Positions 29,368 through 42,272 of a DNA stretch of 64,000 bases are shown here, piece by piece; positions within the stretch are counted from its first letter, which is position 1, and every line of letters starts with the position of its first letter. Made by a program: the position numbers and the translations under genes. This stretch comes from a virus. The stretch lies in the IMG/VR virus record IMGVR_UViG_3300045988_141072, positions 32,001 to 96,000 of that record; one strand, given 5' to 3'. The notes under the pieces were generated by a model that saw nothing but the letters and a program-made list of their open reading frames with translations, had not been told where the DNA came from and ran no database searches.

Positions 29368-30792
29368 TTAAACATCCAAAGGTATCTGTAAGTCTATTGG
29401 AAAGTTATATACTTGTCCACCAGATAAGTTATCTTGTCTACGACCAAGATATACACCACCGTCTGTAGTAACATATACAACATAACAAGATCTACCTGTT
29501 CCCATGCAAACAGTAGGAGTATTTTTACTTGGTCTATAATCAACTGGTAAATCAAATAATTTTAGCCACGTACTAAAAGACCCACTACTTGTAACCGCTC
29601 TATTAATAGATTGGCACAAAGGAGATTGAACTGATACATTTTTTAAGTTAATATTGATTTGACCACGAATACACAGCCAATTGTTTTTCTTTTTATACTG
29701 AATTGGAAAATCAGGATTTTCAGTTAGAATATTGTTATATCCTATTAAACTAGCAGAATTCCATGTTGTATATTTTGAACCAACTTTAAATAGAATATCC
29801 CCCAAAATCTCATGCAATGTATCTTCTACAGTTTTACTCATTAAATAAACCTGATCATCACCAACACCTGTATTTACAATATTTTTATAAGCATAAACAA
29901 CATCTTTTGCAGAAGATGAAATATTTTGAAAGCCGTTGGGCAGGACGCTTAATTCTGTTCCATCACTATCATATACGATATAACCTGCATCTCCATAGGT
30001 TGCAGATAATGACAAAGCCTTAGAATCATATACATATATATATGTTTTGTATGATGTAACTGCTGAAGTTATATAATTTACATCGTTGTGATTTGTTGCA
30101 AAAAACCGATCTCCAATTTTGAAAAAATCAATATTTTTATCTCCGGTGTTTAATGTTTTAATTATGAACACATCGCCATCTTTTAATTCATCCACAGTAT
30201 TTATATCATTAAACTCATAGTAATATGAATTAGCACCGAACGTGATTTTAGTACGAATTACAATACCTACTGTACCGCCCGTACCATATACATAATAATC
30301 AAACTTATTACTTTCACCAATTTCAGCTATGTCATTATCTGAAATCTCATAGTAGTATACATTATTTTTCGTAGATATATTGGTAAAAATAGTTAAATAA
30401 CTACCATTTTCCTGTTTAACATCTATTTTCTGAATTTCTGTCGGTTCTGTATTTTTTAAATATACAACAACATCGTTTGTTCTTAATATAGCATCTATTT
30501 TTTTAAAATCTTCTGTTGATATATTAGAATCACAAAACATTATCTGATTCTTGGTTGTAACTGTATAATTTTTTAAATCCAATACATAATTTGTAATTTC
30601 TCTTTTCCAATTAGCATCGGTAACAACTTTAAAAATTACATCTCCATTTTGCTTTACATAATCAGAAACCTCACTAAAATCTCCGGTTGTCATAGCAGAT
30701 GTTAATTTATCTTCATAGGTCTTAATTATCTGGTAATTATCAGCGTTAATGTCTTGAAAATCTGTTCTTAAATTACTTATAGGATAACCCAT
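29368..30792 (-). CDS. tail fibre/baseplate-associated structural protein (positional)
   Basis: 474-aa ORF within the tightly packed tail-tip operon. No motif recognised. Confidence 0.45.
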   Translation of the reverse strand: MGYPISNLRTDFQDINADNYQIIKTYEDKLTSAMTTGDFSEVSDYVKQNGDVIFKVVTDANWKREITNYVLDLKNYTVTTKNQIMFCDSNISTEDFKKIDAILRTNDVVVYLKNTEPTEIQKIDVKQENGSYLTIFTNISTKNNVYYYEISDNDIAEIGESNKFDYYVYGTGGTVGIVIRTKITFGANSYYYEFNDINTVDELKDGDVFIIKTLNTGDKNIDFFKIGDRFFATNHNDVNYITSAVTSYKTYIYVYDSKALSLSATYGDAGYIVYDSDGTELSVLPNGFQNISSSAKDVVYAYKNIVNTGVGDDQVYLMSKTVEDTLHEILGDILFKVGSKYTTWNSASLIGYNNILTENPDFPIQYKKKNNWLCIRGQININLKNVSVQSPLCQSINRAVTSSGSFSTWLKLFDLPVDYRPSKNTPTVCMGTGRSCYVVYVTTDGGVYLGRRQDNLSGGQVYNFPIDLQIPLDV

Positions 30793-30806
30793 TTTTTATT
30801 TCCTCC

Positions 30807-32888
30807 TTATTTATTTTTTACGATTGTTGGGTATGCAGAGTAGAATTTGTGCATTTGAATAGAAGTAGTATATGAATCAAATGAATGACTTACTTTGTCT
30901 ATTATATATTCAGCGGTTTCACCTGTTCTTATTGATTTGTATTGAACCTTAATATTTTCATATAAGAAAGGTATTAATACTGTGTTAATTGTTATAGAAT
31001 CGGTCAGCCTAGCACTTTTCCATACTTCATATTCTGCACGTTGTCGAGCTAAATCAGTTGTATATATAGCTTCATATTCTTCATCTGACAATACCTTAAT
31101 TAATTCTCCAACTTCATTAACAGAATAAGGAGAAGATTGTTCTATGTATTTTTCATACTGTTCACCTTCGTTAGTATAAAAGATTCTGTTTCCACTAGAA
31201 TATATATAACTAATTTGGTTACAGTTATAATGTTTTTTATAATTTTCCTTTTCTTTATCAGTAGGCTCTTTGTCTACAATCATAGCAATTGCATGAACCT
31301 GAAATTCCCCATTGAAAATTGCGTAACAAGTATCAAGAGTATATTTTGGCGTAAAACAATAACCAACACCATTAATAATCTCGTCTATTGTTGTTCTGTT
31401 TTTATTTGTTGCATCTGCAATAAGTAAAATCTCATCTAAATTTTCATCAGAAGTTTTATTGTAATTAACCCTTACATATATAGGAATATTATAAGTTTTA
31501 ATTAATCTACGATCATCATCTGAAATATTGGGACAAGTAAAACCAATTAATTCATTTGTATATACATATGGAGAATTATGCTTGCCCGTTGAATCACAAG
31601 CATACAAGGATAGTGATAAGTCAAGAATACATTTATTATTCAACAGGTCAAGAGTATAAGTAGGAGTATCATCGTATCTATCGGTTTCCTGATTTTTACC
31701 CCAAACTTCAACCACATTTTTGATTGAATTCAATTCATATGTATCCTTTTCTGAAATTACTATGCTGTCAAATACATCTGCTGTAAGTAAACATTCATTA
31801 TCCTCACAGGTCGGAATTTTAGAACAAATAAAATTACCATAAACATCAAAAAATGCTTCCCAACCTGAATATAAATCTCTCAATTTTGAAATAACTTCCC
31901 AATTTGTTACGCCTGTAGAAAATGTCAAATCATATGGAATATATGTAGCATTGCTTCCGTCAACGTTAGTAACATCGGCACCAATGTTATCAATCATATA
32001 GTTGAATGGACTAAACTGTGTAATGACATTAGTCATCGCACCAGAGATGGTATTGGGCTTTCCAAGTAAAATGAAGGCATATGAAGAAGAATTATTTCCA
32101 TAGAAATTAGTCGTATAATCTTGTCCTAATGTTAAATCAGTAAATTTAACTTTTTGATGTGTTTTATAATCTGTTAAAAAGTAGGATTGGGAATTATTAA
32201 TTGATACTGTTACGTCCCAATCATCATAATATGACTGAATATATTTCATTTTTTCTTTTGGTATATTAAACCCAACTTCCAAATCAAAGTATGGAGCAGT
32301 GTCGCTATCTGTCAATGGAGTATAATCTTTATTAATAATGTTGATATTAATAATTTTATGCGAATCGTTTTCTGTAATTGATACATCATTGATAATCGGG
32401 ACATAGTTAATTTCCATATCTTGAACTCCGGGGATTATTCCAGACCTGTCACCATTTAACATCGTAACCAAATCATCACAATTGAACGATACTGTATTTT
32501 CAGTGGCAGAGTAACTATAACTCGCATCCTGAATTATATATACGCCTAATGGATAGAATTTCATATTCTCAACATAGTGGTTTAAAACCCCAATGTAAGC
32601 AATTACAAACTTATTTAGCCACATATTTTTATTGCTGGCAATTTGAAAATTGTCATTTTGTGCATAAAAGGTTGTACTAAAAGTTCTCCGAATATCAGAG
32701 GTAGAATCAGATGAATACGAGCCATTTAATAATTCTCCACTGATATCAGCAATTGGTTTGAAAGAAGAGTTAAAGACTTTCTTACCGTTTTCATAATTAT
32801 AAATATTAGCAATTTCAAATTTAATCCAAACAGTAGAAACACGAGCCTTCAACATATCAATATCAATCTGTTGTATTTCGTAATTCAT
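30807..32888 (-). CDS. baseplate / tail-associated structural protein (positional)
   Basis: 693-aa ORF downstream of the tape measure gene in the tail-tip module. Confidence 0.45.
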   Translation of the reverse strand: MNYEIQQIDIDMLKARVSTVWIKFEIANIYNYENGKKVFNSSFKPIADISGELLNGSYSSDSTSDIRRTFSTTFYAQNDNFQIASNKNMWLNKFVIAYIGVLNHYVENMKFYPLGVYIIQDASYSYSATENTVSFNCDDLVTMLNGDRSGIIPGVQDMEINYVPIINDVSITENDSHKIININIINKDYTPLTDSDTAPYFDLEVGFNIPKEKMKYIQSYYDDWDVTVSINNSQSYFLTDYKTHQKVKFTDLTLGQDYTTNFYGNNSSSYAFILLGKPNTISGAMTNVITQFSPFNYMIDNIGADVTNVDGSNATYIPYDLTFSTGVTNWEVISKLRDLYSGWEAFFDVYGNFICSKIPTCEDNECLLTADVFDSIVISEKDTYELNSIKNVVEVWGKNQETDRYDDTPTYTLDLLNNKCILDLSLSLYACDSTGKHNSPYVYTNELIGFTCPNISDDDRRLIKTYNIPIYVRVNYNKTSDENLDEILLIADATNKNRTTIDEIINGVGYCFTPKYTLDTCYAIFNGEFQVHAIAMIVDKEPTDKEKENYKKHYNCNQISYIYSSGNRIFYTNEGEQYEKYIEQSSPYSVNEVGELIKVLSDEEYEAIYTTDLARQRAEYEVWKSARLTDSITINTVLIPFLYENIKVQYKSIRTGETAEYIIDKVSHSFDSYTTSIQMHKFYSAYPTIVKNK

Positions 32889-32903
32889 CTCAATCTCCTT
32901 TCA

Positions 32904-33914
32904 CTAATATTTACGTCTAAGAATTTCATCGTACACATTATTAATACTATCATTAATATAATTTTGTAATATGGTTTTATTAATAACGAGCGTATCTGAC
33001 TGATTAGCCTTATCATCAGAAGAATAATAATTAATAAATCCGTTTTCGTATAAATCATTTGTTGATTCTAATGAGCCAATCTCAGACCAATTGAATGTTA
33101 CTATATTCTTAGAAATGTGCTCAGAATCATCTTCTTGAACTTCGCCATTAACTGTTACAATAAAGTTACGTCCGTCATAATATTTAAGAATTTTAGGTTT
33201 TCCATTACACAACCATTCTCGTAAGTATTTTCTATATCTCCATGTTGTATTGTTTGATGTACTATAATCGTAGTCACATATATCTCCCGGCACAAACATA
33301 CCTGTTGCCGTGCCGCTAACATAGTTTTTCTCTCCACCTTTAAAAGCATAAGCATATTTACTGTTAAATGGATTAACAACAGTAGTACCACTATTCTGAG
33401 TAATACCACTTAATTTCGCTTCTAGTATCGTATAAAAAGATATATCTTGATCTTCAATAACTAATCCGTCTAAAGTACATTTAACACTATATTCCGTTGT
33501 TGAGCCAGTTGTTTCAATCCCATACAGCATAGGAACAACCATATATTCATATTCTTCATTAGGAATAGTTGTTTTGTCCGTATAATTAATCTTAACAAAA
33601 TTTTTATCTCGAATAATTTCATTCCCCGGTACATACCCAACGCAATCCCATGCAATATCCGATACTAGTCGTCTTTTTATTAAGAAGGCTGCATCTTGTG
33701 GAGAATCACCTTCTTTAAAGTCAATACCTCCTCCAATGATAGTACCATTAAAAGTAGAATGTAGCTGAATATCATCAGTCCATTCATCAGGATATTCGTC
33801 AAAATAATCAATATCCGAATCACTTGAAAGCACGATTTCATCAAAAATAGCATTTGATAATTTTATACTATCAATGTCTTCTCCAAAAGGAGATTCAATA
33901 AATTCAATTGCCAT
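32904..33914 (-). CDS. baseplate/tail-tip structural protein (positional)
   Basis: 336-aa ORF with AAGGAGA RBS. Confidence 0.45.
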   Translation of the reverse strand: MAIEFIESPFGEDIDSIKLSNAIFDEIVLSSDSDIDYFDEYPDEWTDDIQLHSTFNGTIIGGGIDFKEGDSPQDAAFLIKRRLVSDIAWDCVGYVPGNEIIRDKNFVKINYTDKTTIPNEEYEYMVVPMLYGIETTGSTTEYSVKCTLDGLVIEDQDISFYTILEAKLSGITQNSGTTVVNPFNSKYAYAFKGGEKNYVSGTATGMFVPGDICDYDYSTSNNTTWRYRKYLREWLCNGKPKILKYYDGRNFIVTVNGEVQEDDSEHISKNIVTFNWSEIGSLESTNDLYENGFINYYSSDDKANQSDTLVINKTILQNYINDSINNVYDEILRRKY

Positions 33915-33927
33915 AAAAATCTCCTTT

Positions 33928-35385
33928 CTAAATTTCTTTAATTCTTAATGAATAGTTTGAATCTTTTCTTTTTATATTTATCTTAAATTTCTTATTTTCA
34001 TCTATTTTAAATTTTTTGGTCGTAAAATCATAATTCAACGGATACGTTTGGTCAGAAATACACGTATAATGATTATTCTTATCGTGTAAAACAAATCGAA
34101 GAGAAGCAGAATCAACAGCATTGATATACACAGAATCCCCTCTGGTAAATGAATTTGGCTCTATATTAGTCTTTTCGCCATAATTAAATGAAATTACTAT
34201 CTTTTCATTTAAATCTGAACCTGCCTTATTTTTTGGGAAACCAAAACGAATAAAAGAATACTTAGATGTATCATATTCTGTATTAATTTCACTTATAATC
34301 AATGTATTAATCTTGTTATATTCACTATCATAACAATATACCAAAAAGTCCCCATCGTATTTACGAGAAACAGCTATTTTAGGTGGTGCTATACAATAAT
34401 TGGTATCAACATAATATGTACCAGAACTACTTTCCACACATTCAGAAGTACCAGTTACCCACTGAAAATTCTTTAAAATCAATGGATAGTCAATATATTC
34501 TTTAACCATTTCTGTAGACAAGACAATATCATTACCAATCGTCAGAATATCGGTAAACATGTTTTCGAAACATTGAACATTTCTTAATGTAGTAACAACA
34601 TTAAAGTCATCTAACTTGTTATAAAAGGAATACTTAATATATTTATTATTAAGGAGACTAACTTCTTCATTATTAATAAATTCCAGATTATCAGATGATT
34701 TAGTATGCAATCTTAAACACGTTGTATTGATTGTAATATTTCCATCCTTTGTTGGAAAGGCTGATACTGTATTTTTTACTGGTGCGGTATTAGTCCGAAC
34801 AGATACTTTATATATAACTCTTAATTCCATACCATACACAGTTTCACCGATTGCTTCAATATAATAATCAGTGCTATCATTAAGATTTCTAAAAGTATAA
34901 GAAGAATTATCATTGTTATAATAGAAGACTTTACTGCTTTCAATCACCGTAAGTCCAGAAGAATCATATAAATTGAATTTATAGGTTGACAAATCCATTC
35001 CATTTCCTGAATAATCTATTGCAACCGTACAACTCGATGAATTTAGAATAATTCCATCATATAAGTTATTAATCCTAAATAAAGGAGTAGCATAACATTT
35101 CAATATGAATTGTTGACTGGTTTCACTTACTGCAATTCCGTCATAATTAATCATTGTAATTGTTGCGTGATAAGTTGTTCCATTTTTTAGACCGAGTTCT
35201 TTAGCAACTTCGGGAGTGATGATATGATAAGTTGTAGATATTCCAGTTGTATCATGGTATAGCCCGGTTTCAACAATTGTCAACCTATTACCTGCAACTA
35301 AGCCACCATTCCAACTAAAATTAATCGTACAGGTTGATATACCAACATCCCAAGCGGTCAGAGTACCACTAATTATAGGTTTCAA
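33928..35385 (-). CDS. distal tail / baseplate structural protein (positional)
   Basis: 485-aa ORF, second gene downstream of the tape measure gene. Confidence 0.45.
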   Translation of the reverse strand: MKPIISGTLTAWDVGISTCTINFSWNGGLVAGNRLTIVETGLYHDTTGISTTYHIITPEVAKELGLKNGTTYHATITMINYDGIAVSETSQQFILKCYATPLFRINNLYDGIILNSSSCTVAIDYSGNGMDLSTYKFNLYDSSGLTVIESSKVFYYNNDNSSYTFRNLNDSTDYYIEAIGETVYGMELRVIYKVSVRTNTAPVKNTVSAFPTKDGNITINTTCLRLHTKSSDNLEFINNEEVSLLNNKYIKYSFYNKLDDFNVVTTLRNVQCFENMFTDILTIGNDIVLSTEMVKEYIDYPLILKNFQWVTGTSECVESSSGTYYVDTNYCIAPPKIAVSRKYDGDFLVYCYDSEYNKINTLIISEINTEYDTSKYSFIRFGFPKNKAGSDLNEKIVISFNYGEKTNIEPNSFTRGDSVYINAVDSASLRFVLHDKNNHYTCISDQTYPLNYDFTTKKFKIDENKKFKINIKRKDSNYSLRIKEI

Positions 35386-35402
35386 TAATAATCACCGCCT
35401 TT

Positions 35403-35675
35403 CTATGCTCTACTTTCGATATATATTTGATTCCAATTGTTGCGTGGGATTCTAACTCTCACTTTGTTACCAATTGAATAATTTTCTGTAGAAATTATGT
35501 TATATCTGTCTTTTTCAATTATGACAGTATATTTATAGGAAGTGGAAGAAGTTTGTGTTTTGTTAATTATCCTCGTCAAGTATGTTCTATCATAGGGAAG
35601 TTTATTAAGTTTTTCGTTACTTATTATGGTATTAATGGCTTTAATAAGTTCATTCTGTAAATCTTTTGAATCCAC
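35403..35675 (-). CDS. hypothetical small structural-module protein
   Basis: 90-aa ORF with AAGGAGGG RBS. Confidence 0.4.
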   Translation of the reverse strand: MDSKDLQNELIKAINTIISNEKLNKLPYDRTYLTRIINKTQTSSTSYKYTVIIEKDRYNIISTENYSIGNKVRVRIPRNNWNQIYIESRA

Positions 35676-35733
35676 TAAAAACCCTCCTTTTTAATAAGGC
35701 TGTGCCACATTTCTGCAACACAGCCTATGTTAA

Positions 35734-38700
35734 TTATCTTTTATTTGCTTGTTGATGAGCATATGAACTAAGACCAGCCAACGCATTAAATACATCATTA
35801 GCTTTTGATAAGTCGTTGATATTTGGCAAAGTAACTGTTCCAATAGAAACATTATTATTAACCATTTTATCACCAGTATTTTTAACCAAGTTGCTCATAT
35901 CAGGTATTTGAATATTGTCTAATATCATTTTTGTTGGATTAACACCAAATTTCCACAAGTTATCTGTAATATCATGTGGTAATATCTGGTCACCAGAATT
36001 AAGTAATCTTAACTCAGCACCTCCATCACCAACTATAGACATTCCACCCTTAGCATATTTTGTACCGGTTGCATATTTAGGAACACTGGCTGTAATCTTA
36101 CCATTCTTATCAATAGAAAAAGTAAGACTGTTAAACATTTTCTTGACACTATCTGACATTCCCTCAGTCATTCCCTTAGTTACAGCTCTAACTGCTTCAT
36201 CCACGGTCTTATACAGAGGTTTGCCATTTTCGTCAAAGAAGTTTACATCATCTTTGTGGTCATTTAGCCAATCTAAAATCTTGTTTAACGTATCGAGTTG
36301 TTCCTGATTATAATAGTCGTCAAGATTGTCTTGTGCTTCCTTAACTGCACTATTATCAGCCTCATAATTAAAACCATAATCCTCGTGATAGATTAAATTC
36401 TTTTTATTTTGTTTAGCACTCTGTAATGCCTGTTGAAGTTTTTCAAGTTCAATGGCTTTAGACTGAGCATCATTAAGGTCATTAATTTTGTCAATTAAAT
36501 CCTGAATTGAATTAATCCAAGGTGTCAACAAATCGTCATAGTTGTTCTCAATTTCTGCCTGTTTGTCAAGAATATCTCCGTCAAGACCATCAACTTCTTG
36601 AAGTTTATCCCGAAGTCCATCCCATGAATCAAAAGTCTTTTTAGAGATACCAAGTTTGCTGATACTCTTATAAAATTGGTCAACAGTAATAGTACCTTCA
36701 CGCATTCCTTCATACAAAGCCTTAAACTGCTTCTTCTGAGAAGAATTCAATCCTTTGTCTGATAACGTTTTGTTAATTTGACTCCATTTTTCATCACGTT
36801 CTTTTTTAAGCTGAGATAACCCATTAAGACCGATGGAAATCTGTTTTGTGATTTGCGATTCGTTTTTAGTATGTCCCTGTGACTCCCAGAATGAGATTAT
36901 CTTTTCATAGCGACTAGAAATAGCGTCAAGAACATTTTTAAACTTCTCGAGATTTTGATACGGTAATTCAGATATTGACTTATTCCATTCTAACTGGTTT
37001 TTCTCAGCATCGGATATATTTTTATCAATATCCCGAATTTTCTGCTTAATATCCTGATATTCATCTGAAGTCTTTGCGATATTATTGTTTTTGAGATATG
37101 CCTGATATGCCTTTTTCTCCTGATTCCATTTGTTAATCTGTTTCTTAGAATTAGAGATTTCTTCCTTATAATCACTCTTGGTTGCAGCAAAACCTTTTGT
37201 CTCATTTTTGTCAATTCGACTCTGTGTTTTATCTGCTTCATATTGTAACAAATCTAAATCGTCTTCTAAGTCAGAAATATCATCTTCCAATTGTTTTTTG
37301 ATAAGTTCACGTTTATTTTGTTTTGTTTCTGTAATGTTGTCTCTAGCACTAGTATACTTATCCCAATATTCCTGATAACTGTCGATTGCATCCAATACAG
37401 ATTTTTGTGACTTTTTACTTTTTCCCTTTTTAGCAGACTCTTTAATTGTTTGGATCGAATAATCACCGCTCTGAATCTTCTTTTTTAAATCAGAAGAAAG
37501 ATTAATGCTGTCGAGTTTTTTCTTGTATTTCTTTGCAGCTATTTCATATCCGTGTAATAAATCATCATACTGTTTTTTCGCCTGTTTAAATAAACCGTTT
37601 TTAGTTTTCTTAGAAGCGTAATCGTTTATCTTGTCAACAGTCTTCTTAACTTTATCTTCTAATCGTTTTAAACGAACCTCAATCCAATCAAACACTTTGT
37701 TAGAGGAAGAAGAATCAGAACCAGAACCAGAGCCAGTTACTTTGGGAAGAGAAAGGTCAATATCAATTTTTGTTTTAGTCTTTTTGCCCTTTTTATTTAA
37801 TTTGTTGCCAACTTGATCCTTTGCCATCTTTTTAGAATATTCGTCAACGGTCATTCCATTAGCTCTTGCAGCTGCTTCTAAACTCGAACCCTGATATTTA
37901 GAAGGATTGTTGTTTACATCTTGTAACAAACTAATATTATTAGCAGCAATTCCAGCAGCTTTAGCAATGTTATTTAACTGTTCTATGGTTTGGGTAGCGT
38001 CTAAATCTGACCAATTGGTTGTTTGATAAGCAAGTTTCGCAAGTTCAATTCTTGCCTTTTTAGAACCATTAGCTTCGCCAAGTAACATAGCAATATCAGT
38101 ACCCGACATTTCTGCCAACTCTTCGCCACTTTTAACAGTTTTCTTTTGTTCTTTGCTAAGAGCAGAATATGCAAGATTTAAACTTTTTGCTTTATTTTCA
38201 AGTTGAGTAGTAACAACTTCCTGTGCATTCTTTATACCTAAATCTTTTAACTGACTTGTATAATAATCCTTGTTTTCTTCTGTAAGCTGAGATAAGAAGT
38301 TGTTAGAATTAACGTATTCACTTGCAAGTTTATTCTGTGCTTCCTGACAGTCTGTAAGAGCAGAAGTAGTAGAACCAAGTGTGTTTTTAAATTCATTCCA
38401 AGACTTAAGTTTACCAAATTCAGGTTCCATACCGCTAAGAGTATCTGCACCGGCAACACCATTATCACGCTTATCGGCATATGCATCCTGAATTGATTTA
38501 ATGCTTGATTTAAGGGAATTTAACTGTTTGGAGCTATCAACCAAATCATTGATTTTCTTAATTGCAACATCAGCATCAATTCCTATTTGTGATAACCAAG
38601 TTTTTGCACCTTCTGTTGCTTCAAAGGTTTTCCTTGTAAGTTTACCTGATTCAGCAAGAGTAGTAAGGTCTTTCTTGGTATTTTTCATACCGGAATCATC

Positions 38701-41038
38701 GTCTGCGTTATCAAGGTCTGACCATGCATTCGCAAATTGCCTTTTTGCATCTATCTGTGATTGTTTAACAAATCTTTCTCTTAAATTTTTAAGTAATGTA
38801 TCACTTATATCTTTTTTAGCAATTTGAATAGCTCCGTCTTCACCAGAGAAGTGCATAAGACGACCAACAACTTCTGCCCAATTTCCATTGTTATCATAAT
38901 CTTGACTTGCACTAATAGCTGCATAAATACCATGTACAAAAGTATCACCAATTTTCATACCTTGAGCATCAAGTTTCTTTAATTCGTCATCTGAAACTTT
39001 ACCATCATCAGCGTATGCTTTTTGTAAAATAGTGTTAATATACTTTTCAACAGTGTCTTTTGATAAGAAAGTTCCATCGGGAAGAATAGGAGTAAATGCA
39101 ACCTCCCAACCATTACCATCTAAGTTTTCTCCAAAACGATCAGAACCACCAAATACAGTATCAATAGAGCCTACTTCTGGATTATAATCCCAACTTGCTA
39201 ATGCATCAGCATAAGTTTGTTTAAGCTCATCTGACCAATGGATAATTGTACGCTTATCCATATCAACGTTACCAAATTGCGATAATTTGTTTTTCTTAAT
39301 TGCATCTGCATAATCATCAAGTCCCCAATCAGAAATTTTCTGATATTCATCTTCGAGATTTTGTTGTGCTTCCTCAAATTTTTTTATTTGCTTTTGGGTA
39401 GCATTATTCTTAAAATCATTAATTATATTCTCGTCTATATTAGAAAAATCGGTTATGCTTTCTATTTCTTCATATTTTTTTAAAAGTTTCTGATAGTGCT
39501 TAGATTTTGTTGAAGCATATTCATTAACAGTGTCATCCAAACTATCTTGTGATTTTTTAGAACCTTCATCTATTCCGGAAAATAAATCATCAAAAACAGC
39601 CTTTCCACCGGATACAGTTTTGTTAATATCCTTAACCTTGTTTTTTACTGCGTTAAGATTTTTCTTTGCCGATTCGACACCTTTTCCTGAAGCTAATGCT
39701 TTATTATATTTTTCAACAGCATTTGTAGCTTCGTTATACATTTCTCTGGTGTCATCTCTTGACAAGATTTCTGCTTCGGCATATTTTTTTACATTATTTT
39801 TTGCCTTATTAATCTTGTCTTGATCAAAATCTGAGTCATTCTTTAAATCAGTAATCGTAGATTTATAAGAAGCTTTATATTTTAAATCAGAATTAGAAAT
39901 ATCATCAAAAAGGTTAGTCAATTGTTCTAAAATTTGTTCACGAGTTCCATTTGTATCAAGTCCGTAAAATCCATTTTCCGCACGATAAAATCCTAGATTT
40001 TTATACTTACTTACAATTTTTTCAAGCTTTGATATTTCAGAATCGTCAATCTTTCTTGTAACTCCCAAAACTGTGGATCTAATTAGTTCTTCATTTAAAT
40101 ACTTTTTATCTTCTTTGATATTATTATAGTTAGTAGAAACATAATCACTAGCTTTTTTCTTTGAAATTTTCTCTAGTTTACCTAGTTGCTCATCATATTT
40201 TCCATTAACTAAATCAAGTTTTTCAGCTTCATCACCATATTTTTCATTTAACTCATCTTGTATTTGAGTTAACTGTTCTTTGGTTGTTTTTATTTCTTCA
40301 TTAGAAAGAGAAGAATCTGCTAATTTGGTTTTTAATTCCTTATATTTAGATATAGATTCATCAAGTGAAGAATTTTCTTCATTCCAAGATTCGGTGAGCT
40401 CATTAGATTTTTCACGAGCTTTTTCCGATGCATGAACTAGATTATCTATTCCGGTTACAACTAGACTAATAACTTCTCCGATAGCCCATGCAGCAATCAT
40501 GTTTCCTGCCATGGATAATGCTTTCATACCAACGGACGCAGCTTTGGCACCAATAGTCATTTGTTTTAATCCGTTATTATAAGCAATAGCCGATTGTTTT
40601 GCTGCATTCTGAGCATTTTTTACATCATCAAGAGATACTTTTGTTAAGTTATTTTCTTGAACAAATCTTGATTGCCATTTTTCGCCTTCTTTTAATCCAT
40701 TAAAATAATCTTGCCAACTGCTTTGATTTGCATCTACTAATTTTTTCTGTGTCAAAAGTCCATTTAAAATGTCATCTGGATTTTGTTCGTATACAGATAA
40801 ATCTTTTAATTTATCTTGTATATCAGATTTAGTAATAATAAATTTATCACTTAGGTCTTTTTTAATAGAAGAATTTTTCCACGCATTTGCAATATTAGAA
40901 ATTGTATAATCATTTGTTGCGATTAATTCTTCTGAGACTTTTTTAAACCTATTGCCAATATCTTCAAACGATTTTCCAAATATACCAAACTGAGATGAAA
41001 ATGTATCTTTATCACTGTCAAATGTTTTGAATATCGTA
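35734..41038 (-). CDS. tail tape measure protein, downstream piece (putative exon 2)
   Basis: The ORF track starts at a TTG (40755). The same frame stays open 96 more codons, up to the TAA at 41044-41046, with no start codon or RBS. N-terminal hydrophobic segments (GAKAASVGMKALSMAGNMIAAWAIGEVISLVVTG) followed by >1500 aa of coiled-coil-rich sequence. Confidence 0.7.
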
Positions 41039-41063
41039 CTATATTAATACAAGCTGTTTGAAG

Positions 41064-41095
41064 ACTTGTTGAATTTAATTATATGTGATACAATT
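41064..41095 (+). promoter_or_regulatory. candidate promoter for the + strand cargo genes (extended -10 TGATACAAT)
   Basis: TTGTTG ... 17 nt ... TACAAT with TG at -15/-14. Located 25 nt upstream of the 41120 ATG and its GGAGG RBS. Confidence 0.4.
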
Positions 41096-41119
41096 TTCAT
41101 AAATTGGAGGTGTGCAATC

Positions 41120-41602
41120 ATGTTAATGTATTGTAAAAAATGTGGAAGAGTATGGATAAAATTTGGTACTGAAAAAGACAATTGTGATATATGTGATTCA
41201 ATTTGTTATCCTGTGCCAGATAAGTATTTATTGGTCTGGAATGGAGAAATTTATAAAAATAATTTGAATGAAAGCAAAAAAGATCAATTCATAGAAGAAT
41301 GCGTAAAATCTTCGCCAGAATTTGATGAATATCTCTTTAATAATCGAGACAGAACCAAAGCACAAAAATCTGCTGAATATGAACGAGATTTGGCTATCGG
41401 TGATGCAATACGTCAAGGTGCAGATGTTAAAACAGCTTTTCGTAATGGTGGACAAAATATTCCTAAATGTCCTACCTGTGGTTCGACAAATATTCAAAAA
41501 ATCTCCACCACAAGGAGATTGGTAACTACAGGTTTATTTGGATTAGCAAGCAGTAATGTTGGTAAAACTATGCTTTGTAAAAATTGTGGTTACAAGTGGT
41601 AA
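41120..41602 (+). CDS. double zinc-ribbon protein
   Basis: GGAGG at 41106-41110. N-terminal CKKCG...CDIC and C-terminal CPTCGSTNIQKI...GLFGLASSNVGKTMLCKNCGYKW. Confidence 0.6.
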   Translation: MLMYCKKCGRVWIKFGTEKDNCDICDSICYPVPDKYLLVWNGEIYKNNLNESKKDQFIEECVKSSPEFDEYLFNNRDRTKAQKSAEYERDLAIGDAIRQGADVKTAFRNGGQNIPKCPTCGSTNIQKISTTRRLVTTGLFGLASSNVGKTMLCKNCGYKW

Positions 41603-41693
41603 ACAATATCGAATGCATGTTCAGGCTATCCTCATTTGGTAATTAGTGGTAAAATATTCCTATAAAAATAATGTACAGAGGAGGAAGTTTACT

Positions 41694-41999
41694 ATGACAA
41701 CTAATGAACAATGTATGAAAGATATTCTTACTTTCATTGACGAAAACACAAGCGTAAAAGTTAGGACATCTAGCAATAATGATATTGAATTGCGAGCACC
41801 TGGAATTTCATCAATATTAACAGCTTTGAGCAAAGATAATAAATATTCTATTGAAGAAGTTGCTTTTAATCTTGTAAAATGTGATAAATTACATCTTATA
41901 GATGCAAACTTATATACTCAAGGGAATACTATTAAATCTGCTCAAAGTGATATTTATGGTATTACATGTTACGGAGAACAATTTATCAAAGAAAAATAA
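41694..41999 (+). CDS. hypothetical protein (possibly winged-helix, DUF2513/YjcQ-like)
   Basis: AGAGGAGG RBS. MTTNEQCMKDILTFIDEN... The N-terminus resembles the 43244 ORF type. Confidence 0.45.
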   Translation: MTTNEQCMKDILTFIDENTSVKVRTSSNNDIELRAPGISSILTALSKDNKYSIEEVAFNLVKCDKLHLIDANLYTQGNTIKSAQSDIYGITCYGEQFIKEK

Positions 42000-42025
42000 T
42001 CTACTTTTATGTTTTTATCGGTGTT

Positions 42026-42208
42026 TTAAATTTCTGATTCATCATCAGGAAATCTTAAATATCCTGTACATTTTAAGCGATCAAGTGAATTATTTAAAAA
42101 GACTACGGCTTGGAAATAATCCAAGTCGTTTTCTTTGAATAACAATAATAATCCACTATATAATTGTTCTATTTTTTCATGAGTACCAATACTTAATTTA
42201 TTGTTCAT
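42026..42208 (-). CDS. hypothetical 60-aa protein
   Basis: GAGGTG RBS 6 nt before the ATG at 42208. The ORF-track start at 42331 is an unsupported extension. Confidence 0.4.
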   Translation of the reverse strand: MNNKLSIGTHEKIEQLYSGLLLLFKENDLDYFQAVVFLNNSLDRLKCTGYLRFPDDESEI

Positions 42209-42272
42209 AATTATCACCTCATAATAAATTGCTAAAGAGTATACAAAGTCGAAATAGAATAGGAGAACTAAT